A program made the position numbers and the translations under genes. Source: Obrimoposthia wandeli (lineage: Eukaryota). From it: a stretch of 64,000 nucleotides of DNA. Where the stretch lies: positions 62,001 to 126,000 of the forward strand of contig CDROCS010000184.1 of NCBI GenBank assembly GCA_977020255.1, read 5' to 3'. Shown one piece after another: positions 37,375 to 49,752 of this stretch (the stretch's first letter is position 1; each line of letters starts with the position of its first letter). The notes below the pieces were generated by a model. That model saw nothing but the letters and a program-made list of their open reading frames with translations. It made no database searches and was not told the DNA's origin.

Positions 37375-37918
37375 CTTTTAATTTCTTCTTCTTGAAATCT
37401 TATCAAAAGGTTGTCGTCTAATGGTGAGTTCCCCATTTTGCGAAAAATAATGTGCAATAAATTTAGTAGTCATAACAAAATGGAATGAGGAAATTGTTTA
37501 GCTTATATAGTAAGTGAAAATCTATTTTTAGTAACATTGTTAGTATTTACAAGAAATATCATGGGATGTCTTTGTCTTAAGAATAAAGCAGTATAAACAA
37601 TATTTTAATAATGATTTTATTGAAAATGAATAATCAAAATAATCAAAGTAGAGCTAGTACATATATAGGTTCTGGTAGTAATTTATATGCTAATATGAAT
37701 TATAATAGAAATAATCAGAGAGAAAATATCATCACAAGTCCTACACGAGTAACCGTTGAACTCTTTAAGGATTTAACTAATACTAAACGATTTTCATAAA
37801 CAAGAATGTTAACGAATTAGAATTGAGACTAAACAATTTTTATAAACAAGAATATCGACTAATTAGAATTGAGATTTAGAGGATAAACAATTGAATATTT
37901 CAACTTATAATAGTAAAT

Positions 37919-38310
37919 ATGAATTTTGAAATGCTTTATCAACCTATGTATAAATATTATGGATATGAGATGCACATTTTGAAGAAAGCTCATAACTATA
38001 ATTTTACTTTTCCTATCAACATCGATCTGCTTAAATTTGCTTTTGAAGTATCAAATTTGACTTATGTGGATAAAGAGAGAATCAATATTATCTTCAGTCA
38101 ATTCGGAATCAACTATGCGCTTCAAAAAACAAATTCCTAATCAAAGGAGCAACTGCCACTTTCAAGCAGGAGAATGGAACAATATTCGATGGACCTCCTC
38201 CTAAATTAGAATGGATTATCTCAATCAGAATTCAAGGATGCAAGATAGGTCCCACTGGATTGGAAACTCTTATATGGAAAATAATTGAAGCTGTTAGAGT
38301 TGACTAATAA
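37919..38310 (+). pseudogene. Hypothetical Polinton ORF (broken)
   Basis: 73-aa ORF plus a downstream open stretch; no homology recognised. Confidence 0.3.
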
Positions 38311-38382
38311 ATTTTTGTGTCTTTATTTGTATTATTTTTATATATAAACAATAGAAATACTTTAATAATATTTATTATCAAA

Positions 38383-38607
38383 ATGACTAATAAACCTACT
38401 AAATCATTAAAGTCGAAAAAGAAAATGATGAAGGGTGGAAGTGTTCCTTTTATATTAGGAAATCTTTTAGGTAGATTGCTTGGTGGGGTTAATACGAATG
38501 CTATAAAATTGAAAAAGAATATGGATTATATTGCAGGTATACAAAAAGGGAATGGTATACTCGAAATTTTTGTAGGATTATATAAAATTGTAAGTGCAAT
38601 TGAATAG
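38383..38607 (+). CDS. Small basic protein with Gly-Gly motifs (74 aa)
   Basis: TATATAAAC at 38341; MTNKPTKSLKSKKKMMKGGSVPFILGNLLGRLLGG...QKGNGIL. Confidence 0.5.
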   Translation: MTNKPTKSLKSKKKMMKGGSVPFILGNLLGRLLGGVNTNAIKLKKNMDYIAGIQKGNGILEIFVGLYKIVSAIE

Positions 38608-39533
38608 AATTCTAGTGCATATATTGGTACAAACATTTTACTAAAAACTCCAAAGAGTTTGTAATTACATAAAGTTGCAAGTTTTTGCAATATAGATGCA
38701 GTACGTGACTGTCTTTGTTAGACACATACACAAACGTTTAAACATATTTATCTTATTATATAATACTTATTTTTATAAGTAGATAATTTAATGAAATTTA
38801 GAAATTATATAATACTTATTTTTATGAGTAGAAAGTTAAAATAAAATTTAGTATAATTTTTATAAGTTGATAGTACGTTTTGCTACATTTAATTGTAAGT
38901 AGCTAAAGTTTTTTTTTAAAAAATTCTATATGACGTTTAAAAACATATTTTGAAAAATTTAATTTTCCCTCCCATCCCTGTATTATGTAGTCCTGAGAAC
39001 TTTGGGTTCGTTCTCAAGTGTGTATGTTTGTGATCAAGGGCTTCGTCGCCAGTTTTCATTTAGCAAGATGAGTGGCTGGCCATTTGATGACCATCCAATG
39101 AAGCCCGGGATCTCTTCTACTCCCAGAGCCTCCCGGATCATCAAGCCCTCCGCAAGATAACACTAGAGTGTGCTCGCTCTCCATTAGCTCATTTAACAAA
39201 GTTTGTTGTACTTCTTCCATTAATAAATAATGAATTGAAATTAAAATATTTATCTTATATACACTTCCCAGATTAATTAATTTTGTTGATGCAGTAGAAC
39301 AAATTCTCTTTTAATTAACAATGGATAATATAATACAATTTCGAATTAAATAAAATAAACATGATAACCTAGATATTAGCTAATTAAATTTATATTATAC
39401 ATTTAATTAAATGACTTTTGCTTAAATAATCTTATTTATGTCTTTATGATGAAAGGATGCTTTGTTACACATGTTTAAATAATCTAATTATGAAATTGAT
39501 GTATTTAAACAAAATGTCTTTATGATGTCTTTA

Positions 39534-40350
39534 TGTTGGATTATTAATTAATAAAATAATTAAAAATGTAGTCAATTAAAATTGACATTTAAAATTGGTC
39601 TAAAATGCCCACAATTAGGGAGGAATGCCATTTCAGCCTCCGACGGGGTGGTCCCGTTTCGCCTTACCAGGCTCAGAAAAATATTGATTGCGGAGTCCTT
39701 TCCGCCCAGTTCTCTCTCTCTGCTGCCCTCAGTCGCAGACTGATGTTTATTTGCGGCATTCCCTGCCGTTCTTCCCTACTGGCGCTACCTGGGCCGTTTG
39801 TGTCCACTACGAGAAATGACAGCATATGTGATTGCGATTTGGTGCAATCGCCCTCTGGCTGGGAGTCAATAGCGTGATAGCGGTTGCAATGATCAACGGC
39901 GACTACTGCACACCCGATCCCGCTCAATCTCTCTCTCCCTGCCAACTGTTTCTCGCTACTGCTTTGGACAACAACCTCCATGCCTGGTACAGCGGAATAC
40001 AACGGCCACTACACTGCCACATTGCTATCTGTCTCTCTGTTCAACTGTTGTCTGTGTGCAGCATCTTCCTCATTTCTCCCCTCCAAATGATCTACTGTCG
40101 GTGGCAGCAGCACATTTACACACATTGGCAGCACCAGTGATTTGATTTTGCCACTATCAGGCTATGAAAACAGAGGGACATTCCTACATGATTAACGGCT
40201 AAAAGAAACTGCTTTATAAAGCAGGTATTCTAACATTGACAAACAAAAAATATACTTATTTGAATTCTAAGTTTTAGAAACTTATTTCAAAACAATATAT
40301 GTTGTCCAATTTGGCTCGTTAGATTTCTTATATCAATTTAGACTTTAACA
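39534..40350 (-). mobile_element. Solo LTR-like element B inserted in the right TIR
   Basis: TGTTGG...TTAACA with TTTA on both sides (39530-39533, 40351-40354). The left TIR shows the empty site. Homologous to element A. Confidence 0.88.
39636..39676 (-). ncRNA. Degenerate type I hammerhead (core deletion)
   Basis: CUGA---GCCU(GGUA)AGGC-GAAA-CGGG(ACCAC)CCCG-UC|GGAGGC; 3 core nt and the 5' stem I strand are lost. Confidence 0.75.
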
Positions 40351-40599
40351 TTTATGATGAATAGTTCCTTTGTTACATAGAAATAGAGCTAGTAGAAGGT
40401 AATAGAAATGAGTAATCTGTGACCTCAGATGACCTTGACCTCATCATGACCTTAACTTGTCATCGTACTCCCGGGCGCTTTGTTCCAGAAGTGCTACATC
40501 TACCTTCTTACAGTTATTTACAATTCAACCCGTATTATTTTCAAATTTCAAACAGGTACTCTTGTAATTATTTTAATTAGCTGAAACTTAATCATTTTT

Positions 40600-42330
40600 A
40601 ATCCCCACATCGTGATATCATCTAACACATTTCGGTCCACCCAGTAAACATTTTTACACTTAAACACAAACTCACACGTTTTTTTATTATAATAGCACGC
40701 ATTGTCATCAATGTCCCATCACAAAACCAACATACAACAATTATTCTTAGATGAATACAATACACCAACAAATGGCTCACTCTAACGGATACCATCATAA
40801 ACTTATCTGGTATTTACAATGCCAAACATATAACCCATCAAATCATATCAAACATACCTGTGAATATCTTAAACGAAATTGCAGACGATATTGCAGTAAT
40901 AAACCAAAACCCAAATCACTCCAAAAAAGAAAACATATTTTTTACAACCATTACACAATAAACAAAAGTGTGAAACCATTTTTTATGTACCGTAAAACTC
41001 TACAAAAAAACAAGCCAACACTGAAACAATTTAAAGAAAACATTAGTACTCATCCAATCAAACATCACACACGACAAACCCTACTCAATTCTATGGGAAT
41101 ATTCTTCAAACAATTACCACGACTCACAAAATACTCAAAACATTACAAGATTACACATTTAAGAATTAGCAACAACGGCCGATAAATTTCATTCTTACAA
41201 TGATCCAATCGCACAACAAATATTACACATACAATATGATACAACAAAATAAACCGATTCAGACATAAATGTTTTGAAAACAATTATAATAAAACCAAAT
41301 AAAATATTTACATAATTAGCTGAAAAAGTGGATAAACTTTCATCAAATATTACACAAATCAACATAACCTTACAACAGATACAGATCATCCTTGTCACAC
41401 AAACACAATAACAGATCACGTTTCAATTCTCCAACTAGAAAAACCCTCACAAACAATCCAGATTATTGTTACTATCACAACACCTACGGGAAAGAAAGCA
41501 ATAAAATGCATCATTTCATGTTATTACATAAATACTAGCGAAAGCAATGGTAAGTGCACCAATTATCGTTGACTGTAATCACATATTCACGGTTCATTCA
41601 AACATAAACAATTTTAATTTCCTCATAGACATGGGATCCACTGTCTCCATAATCCCTCAAAATATCACACTTACATTCACACACACACTTATCCACCACA
41701 ATCACAATGGCAAACCAAACCCACATAAAGACGTACGGTAAAACCAAACTATCCATACAAATACACAACATTTACAAATGAGAATTCATTATAACAGATA
41801 TACCACAACCGTTCCTCGGAACCGATTTTCAAGCTCATTTTTATTTAGTCGTCGATTGCAAAAACAACACTGATAAAAACAGAGACTACAAACCACAACA
41901 ACAACAAAACAAATCTACGCAAACGCACAAGAAAAGCTAAACACAACCAACTCCAACAAAGACACAATTGATATAAATAACACACAACAACACATCATAC
42001 AAAAATCCAAATCCAAAACAAAAACACATATACCAACACACACCCATCCACACATCAAATCATCAACACGACTCACACGAAATCTCCACGACAAAATTAG
42101 GAACCGAACGAAATCACACAAAAATATTACAAACGGTAGACCTACTTATTCCAAAATCAGATCATTACTACAGACAAATGCAAAACATTCAAAGAAATAT
42201 TCAATGCATTAATAACAGACAACATAATACGACCCTTCGACTCACATTGGTCATCAGTACTCATAATGAAAATTAAGAAAATGGCGAATGGCGATGTTGC
42301 AGCGAAGACAGAATTAAACAAAATTACAAA
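40600..42330 (+). mobile_element. Ty3/gypsy fragment (gag, protease, RT start)
   Basis: YCYYHNTYGKKAIKC knuckle-like motif, FLIDMGSTVSIIP protease; A/C-rich; many stops. Confidence 0.75.
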
Positions 42331-43779
42331 CAGTGTGTAGATGTCTGGTCTAATCCACCCCTCCCCCTCTCCCCATTCTGACGCACCATCTGTCCGAATA
42401 TTTGAAGAAATGAAATTGAAAAATCGAATAAAACAATTATTTCGTCACATGTTTAACCAAAACTCATCGAAATTACTTTCATCTACTACGACATCATCAA
42501 TAATTGATGTGACATCTACCTCCAAAGCCGAACTGAAAATTGCCGAACTGAAAACACTAATAACTTTTGCACGAAAACCGCAACAAACAATTAACACTGA
42601 TCCGAACAACTTATGAAAAGTGATTAACAATCTACCCAAACTGATACTTGGTGATCATCGACAATTCAGCTTCAAAGAAAAGGTTGTAACTATTCCTACT
42701 ATTCATGAAATTGATATTGAAATTTAATTTTTGTTCCTCTTCTTCCTCTTGGAGCCAATTTTTATTACTGTTAGTTTTCTGGCAGCTGTATGCAACCTCT
42801 TTATTTTAATTTATTTAGTTCTTAATCAGCATGATTCTTTATATTGATTACGTATATTTATAAATATTTAGCGCTGAGGTCAGAACATTTTCCGGCGAGG
42901 TGAGATATGTTAGAGTTAAATTTAAAAGAATATTAAAATAGCAAATATTTAAATTACTATTCTTTTAAAAAATGTAAAGCAAATAAGTAACAATTGCTTA
43001 AGTTTTGCATAAAGTTTATATCAAAATACTTATTAAAATGTTATGTAGTGACCCACAATAAAGAATAATAGTTTTAAAAAATTAATTAATTTTATGTAAA
43101 ATTCACCTTTTTACGAATAACTTTTTAAAGAAAGACCCTAGATCAAAATCTTAACTACACATAAATTACTAATGAAATATCGATTTATTTCATGTATGCT
43201 TGAAAGTTTTTCAACTTTTGTATTAAGAAAGATCCACAAAAATGTGATTTTTGTTAATTAAAACATTAATTAATTAAACTTTAAAAAAGAATTTCTAGGC
43301 ATCTAAAAGTCGTACATAAATGAACAAAACATCATTTAAAAGCATAAATTATTTCCAATTGCAATATTTACGGCTCATCAAAATCACACATTTGGGTAAA
43401 AATGTCCTGTAGTATAAGAAATTTCATAAAACTTTACAATACTAACAGGCAAACACACCTACTAACGGGTTACCCGATGGAATCTAAGTGGGTAAATTAT
43501 CTAAATGAACAAACTTTATTTAGATTAAACTAATCTAAATCAAAGGCCCCACCGGGAAGACCCAAACATAGTGTGTAAATGAGAGGGTATATAAACTCTT
43601 AATTTTGGAAATAAGATAGATTGTTTTATGCCAACGCGAGGTCATTTGATAAACAGGTTCGTTCTTTAATTTGCTTATTTTTATTCTTTTTATGTTATTT
43701 TATCACCACCATCACTATAATATTTATTTATTAATTTTACGTAAGTCTCAATAATTGTTGGCCCCCTTGTCATTTTTTA

Positions 43780-46620
43780 ATGTAATAAAATTATATTACC
43801 ATTTTTTGTATTTAATAAAGCCCAACAGTTGTGTATTTGTATGTATGCTTGTGAGTGTGTCGTGATATATTTGGGCTTCATTTGTGTGTTGGTTTGTGTG
43901 TCGTACTTTTTGAATATGCGTGGTATGTGTGCTTTGAATATTCGATGTGCGGGGCTTTTGTTGTCGTCTAGGTGAGGGGTGTTTCTGAGACCCATGATGC
44001 AGTTGTGAATGTTGTGTTGCCAATTCTTTGGGTTGTCGAAGCATGTCAAATTTTCCTTAATTCGGCGGTGTAGTTGTTCTATTTTGCCATTTGATTGTTG
44101 CAGCAGTCATTGAATGCTTTGCTGATGAATTTCCGTCTCTGATATGTGATTATCTTTGAAGGGAAACGGTATGTGGTGAACCATTGCTTGTAGATTTTGT
44201 TCCATATAGAAGCGGATGATGTGTCTTTGATGGGTATGACGGAAAACTAGCTTGTGTTGTTGTCTATTATTTTCAGGAGGTGTGTGTACGAGTTGTTTGA
44301 AGGTAGTGGTCCGACGAGGTCAATGTAGATTGTGTGAAATGCGCTTTTGCTTGTGACAGTGAGTGGGATTGTTTTGTAATGTTTTTATGATTTGTTGTTG
44401 TTGCATTTGATGCATTGTCTGACGAATGTTTGGATATATTTGCGCATGCATGGCCATATGTAAGTTTGTTTGATTATGTCGAATGTTGCTTTTATGGCGG
44501 GGTGATGGAAGTCGTGGATGTGTTTTATGCATGTCGTGCATAGTGGTCGTTTGTTTTTGTGAGATGTAAGTTTCCTCGTGGGAATTCGGATATGTCTTGT
44601 TTGTGTCTGATGTCCACGTCTGAGAAGATATTTTGCGTTATGATGTTGTGGTTTTGTGGTTTTGTGGTATGCGTGAGAGTGTGTCTGTTACGATATTTGT
44701 GTTTCCTGCGATGTGTTTGAGAGTACAATTGAATTGCGAGATGTAGTTGATCTGTCTGATTTGGCGTGGCGAGGGTGTTTTCGTGGTGATAATGTGTAGA
44801 AGGGGTTTATGATCTGTGTAAATTGTGAAAGTGTTGCTTTCTAGATGCGTTTCGAAGAGTTTTATGGCCTCGTAAATGGCCATTAATTCTCTATCATATG
44901 TTGAGTATTTGATCTGATGTATTTTTAGTTTCTTTGAGAAGAATGCGATTGGTTGTGGTGTGGTTTCTGTTGTTTGATTTAAAACTGTTCTTATTGCGTG
45001 ATTTGAAGCGTCTATGGTGAGCGTAAGTGGCGTGTTTGGAATTGGGAAATTTAATGTTGTAGCGTCTGTGAGTGCTTGTTTGGCTGTAATGAAATATTTT
45101 ATGTCAATGTCGGTTAGTGTAATCTTTGCTTGTTTGTGCGTGTTTTTGATTAGGTCGTGTTGAGGGGCTAGTTTTCCTGCGCAGTTTGGTATGTTTCTGT
45201 GGTAAAAATCTACCGTTCCTTAGAAGCTTCTGATTTCTTTGACCGTGGTTGGTATTGGCATGTTAATTATTGTGTTTGTCTTGTTTGGTAGAGGTTTGAT
45301 TTGGTTATGTGATATGGTATGTCCTAGGAACTATATTTGTGCTTGGTGATCAAATAATTTTTGGGGTTGATCTCGAGGTTGTGTTTTTTTAGTATGTCTT
45401 TTACTTTTTGTATGTCTTTAATGTGGTTGGCGTGGTTGTTGTTCCCTATTAGAATGTCATATATGTATGTTACAATGTTGTATGTTTTTGTGAATATGTA
45501 ATCCATGAACCTTTGGAACGTGGCAACGGAATATTTTAGACCAAATGGCATCTTGATGTATTCGTAGAGCCCGAATGGTGTGATGATTGATGTTTTGTTG
45601 ATATCCTCTGTGTGCATAGGAATGTTGTGATAGGCTGATGTGAGATCTATTTTGCTGAAGATTGTTGCGTGAATTAGGCGTGTGGTGATGTCTCTTATTA
45701 GTGGAAGTGGATACGAGTCTGGTGTTGTCATAGCATTCAACATTCTGTAGTCTCCAAAGCATCTCCATATTTGGTATTTTTTGTTGCATCATGAGAGCTG
45801 ATCACCAAGGTGATTTGGATTTTTGAATAATGCATTTTTCTAACTCAGTGAATGTTTGTTTTGCGACTGCTAGCTTATCTGGTGGAAGTTGCCTTACTTT
45901 GTGGGGCATGGTTGTCCGTTTGTAATTATTTTGTGAGTGAAGTGGTTTTGTTTTTGGGGTGGTACAGTTGATTGTAGTGTTTTGGTCGCGTTTGTTTTTT
46001 GTGTATATTGTGCCTAATACTTTTTGGTTATGTGTTGTCCAATTTGTTATATGGGTGTGGAGGTTTGTATTTGTTGGTGTTTTCTTTCATATTAGTGTTT
46101 TGTTTTTGCAGTCGATGATTAGATTGAAATTGGCTAGAAAGTCAGCTCTGATGATGGGCAGTATTATGTCTGCTATGACAAAATCCCATTTTTAGTGGAT
46201 GTTGTGTAAGGTTATTGTTAGGTTAGTCGTACCGAAAGTCTTTATTGGTGTGTGGTTCGCTGCCATGAGTGTGAAAGGTGTGGTGTGTTGTCTATGTGTT
46301 TGGCGATGGTGTATGGGATTATGGATACTGAAGAGCTAGTATCTATGAGGAAATGGATGTTGTTGATTTTTGAGTGCACCGTGAATATGTTGGAGAAATC
46401 AACGGGAATTGGTGCGCTTACTGTTAATATTAGTCGTTTTAGGCTATGTGCAAGGTGTGACGCATTTTATGGCTTTGGTGCCGTATGTATTGTGATAATA
46501 TCAGTAGTTTGGATTGGGTTGTTTATTGTTATCGTGTGGTGAGGATGATCTGTATCTGTTATTAGTGTATTGTCGTTTATTGTCGTAATCTGTTGTGAGT
46601 AGGCGGATATGTCCGGTCTA
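43780..46620 (-). mobile_element. Ty3/gypsy pol remnant (gag end, PR, RT, RH, IN; CsRn1/Mag-like)
   Basis: FLIDTSSSVSIIP; PDSYPLPLI, FSKIDLTSAYHNI, MPFGLK, YIYDILI (YIDD decayed); RNase H YTDHKPL; integrase region; no LTRs found. Confidence 0.9.
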
Positions 46621-46839
46621 AACCACCCGCTCCCCCGGGGGCTACCACTGTATTTTAAAACTGTGCATGTGTGTGGAGTGAAATTTTGAAAAAAAAATTG
46701 AAAAAGCAACGAACGGGGGTGATCACTCCATCCAAAAAGATTTCGACCCCTCAAATTCAACAGCATCATCAACAAATGGATTTTATAATATAAATAATTG
46801 TCTTCCCATTCAATTAGGGGACGGTTTTTCAGCGACTGT

Positions 46840-49070
46840 AGGAAGAAAGAGGCGAGGCCAATTTCTTATTAAGGTCCCACCAAAGAAACGTAGGGAAAAC
46901 GGTGCTACTATAGAGTATCACCTAAATAATAAATATGTTATAGTTAAGGTTCCATTAGGAAATAAAATTTTATTAAACGTAGGTGTAGATTCAAATATTG
47001 AAAATCTTTTAAAATCAGAAGTGACTAAATTAGGACAGGCTAAGGTTCAATTTTGTGCAACAGTGCAGTTTAAAAATGTCAATGAGGAATCTAAAACTTG
47101 GATAATTTCACATGAATCAACTGTTTTCTAAAATAATTTTGTAACTGAAATTGGAAAAAACCTAGATGAAAAAATTGCTAGTTATAGCGAGTTAAGTAGT
47201 GGATGGACTTTAGTTAGAATTCACAATGTTAGCTTTGTTCTAACAAAGTTCACTGACATGATATAATATCTGGGGAGTTCATACATTCCTTCACCTAGAT
47301 CTCCTCAAATTTTGCGTTCCATTGTTAACGTACAAAACAGTGATAACCTTAATATTAATATCGAGTTACTGCAAGATCCCGCGATGTATCAAATGTATGA
47401 TAAAGTAAAAAAACATCATGTTGTCGAAAATCAATACATGGAGATTCTGTACATCGACATTAATAATTTGTATGGGGGTGCTTACTCAACCTCTACCTCA
47501 TGCCAACTTTAAGTGGGTTTATGATGAGGAAGGGTTGAATAAGTTGATGACAGATTTGGTTACTGTTGATACAGTTTCATCAAACGTCAGCTATTTGGTT
47601 GAGGTTGATTTAAAAATCCCTCTCAATATGCATGATAAATTAGATGATCTTTCAGCAGCACCTGTTCATCAATGTCCACCTAATTCAAAGATTAAGAAAT
47701 TATTGTTAACACATGAAGACAAGTTGAATTATGTGGTGCATTGGCGGTTTCTTCGATTCTACTTAAAGTTGGGAGCGAAATTAACTCGAATTCATCGTGC
47801 TATAAGCTTTAGTCAAAACTTTGTGTTTAAAGATTATATTGAGAAGAATTCTAGAAAACGTAATTTGGCTACTAGCAAATTTGATCGGAATTTTTACAAG
47901 TTAAAAAGTAATAGTCTCTTTGGAAAAACTGTAGAGGACTTGCAGAAACGTATTTGTCTACGGATTTGCAATGATGATAGTAAACTAATAACATATACTA
48001 GCAAGTACAACTTCAAACGTAGTTTTACAACTGCAGAAAACTTGGTAGCAGTGTTATTAGGAAAATATAGTTGTTCTGACGTAATAGTTTTAGTTGTAAA
48101 ATTTGTAATAAAATAATTAAATTAAAATTAAATAAATAAAGTAAAAGATAATTCTGTTGTCAACATGATTTGTGCAGTTTGCGGGTTTGCAATATATGAA
48201 GTTTTTGTTTTAATATTGCCACGTGGGCTAGTGTGTTTTTAAAAAATAAAGGAAATGTGTTGATATGAAGTTTTTGAATTGAAAATTTGAATAAATTTAT
48301 TGAAATTGATATTTTGATAATTTAATTTTATGCCGGAACCCGAATCGTCAAACTGTGAATTCTATCTGATGCGTGAAATAGTTTACATTCAAGTTGGTCA
48401 ATGTATCAATCAGATGGGTGCAAAGTTTTGGGAAGTTATATCAGATGAACATGGATTAAGCGTCGATGGATTCTATAAAGAACCCGGCCCGCCAAAATAG
48501 AGTATTTATCTCGATCAACCGAGTTAGATAGGTCAAACGGTTTTAGACTTTTCCAAACTCAGAATGTATGAGCTCCAATATATAGAATTAGAGAAATATC
48601 GCCAAGAATTCAATCGTGAGATCAAACTCGCAGCTGGGTACACTGATTCTTTCTTTTTAGAATGTAGGAATGTTAGTTTAGATAATCAATTATTACCAGC
48701 AATGTTTAGGGATAACTTACTTTATACCCATAAATATCCCGTTAATCATCCTCTACACTATTAGTTTAAAAGTTATTATCCGGAAATTAAAGGATGAAAG
48801 CGAGGGACAGGTTTCGTATGATGATTGTATTTTCTTAAATGCTACAGTTTACATGCATCTAATAATACATGTTCAATGAGAGCAAAGGGTGTGGGAAGAA
48901 ATAATTTTACACATGGGGCCTACTGGAAAGTTTATGATACTGGGTGTATTGAAAGCGGTGAGCAAACTACATTCATTTCAAGAGCCAATCAACTGCATAC
49001 TCATAAGTCAACAAAAATCGCTTTGATTAATAATGACGAAAAAGCTCTTTTGGGTAGAAAAGAACGCTAG
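46840..49070 (+). pseudogene. pPolB with an internal deletion and an inserted stretch
   Basis: SSGW, GSSYIPSP, YIDINNLYG, KLKSNSLFGKTVE, DFSKLRMY, GYTDSFF, KGVGR. Confidence 0.88.
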
Positions 49071-49371
49071 CCTGGCTTATAAACACTTCCGAATTTAAAC
49101 TTTTTTCATTTTTCTTTGTTTAGTTTTTTTAAATTTTAGATCATTACTGTTTTAGGCACCTTACCTCTAACTTTTTGTTATTTCGATACTTTTTTAGGTT
49201 GGGCCTTATCTTTGCTGACAGATCTCGTTGTGATATTGTGTTTAATAAATGTATTAAAAAAATTTCGTATCATGTTTTTTATTATTTCATCCTTATATTT
49301 TAATTTTGTAGGGTTTTTAAAAAAATTCAAAATAAAACATGTTTTTAAAATATATTTGTTATTATAACACC

Positions 49372-49751
49372 TTAACCGTTTTGCAACGATAACCATAAAA
49401 TACATAAATGTCCATAGTTTCTCGTTGCTGGATCCTGGTATTGAATCTTGTTATAAAATACTCTTCTTCGTTCTTTTTGAACAGTTGAAACAAGCTTGTG
49501 TGGATAATAAATTGCAAGTGGATCAAATACATGTATTGTCCACTCTTTAACATAACTAGCTATCCAATGTTCTCCTGGTAAATTCGGAGTATGAGTATTG
49601 ATAATGTAACCTCCAGGTTGAATAAATGAAATCATATCAATAGGATAAACTCCATTGAATTTATCACCCAGGACCTTCTCTGCTGATTCTTGTACTTGTA
49701 CTGAACTAAATTAAAATTGATAAATATAAAGTTAAAAATGTCTTACTTCAT
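49372..49751 (-). pseudogene. Adenain-like protease copy 2, 2 exons (49751-49747, 49705-49372); catalytic Cys changed to Tyr
   Basis: MN|SVQV...PGEHWIA...FDP...QDPATRNYG; the intron GTAAG...TTAG (41 nt) restores the frame. Confidence 0.85.
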
Positions 49752-49752
49752 T

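Larger units (their letters stand above)
25764..40511 (-). mobile_element. Polinton/Maverick (adintovirus-like endogenous virus), copy 1, TIR-bounded and decayed
   Basis: Left end AGTAGTAGG (typical Polinton terminus); about 0.95-kb inverted repeats; pPolB, protease, penton, integrase and ATPase on the minus strand. The right terminus is degenerate and no 6-bp TSD was recovered. Confidence 0.92.
38820..40511 (-). repeat. Right TIR of Polinton 1 (interrupted by LTR B)
   Basis: Inverted copy of the left TIR, split at 39534-40350. Confidence 0.9.

Noticed and set aside
39605-40140. ORFs within LTR B (and 3166-3889 in LTR A, 63247-63484 in LTR C)
   Set aside because: Not conserved in frame between LTR copies; chance ORFs in GC-richer sequence.
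46625-46660. TGGTAGCCCC as a gypsy primer-binding site
   Set aside because: It abuts the gag C-terminus rather than an LTR and looks more like a DNA-transposon end (CAGTGG).
46796-46840. Possible intron after the ATG of copy-2 pPolB
   Set aside because: The length and AG fit but there is no GT donor; too speculative.
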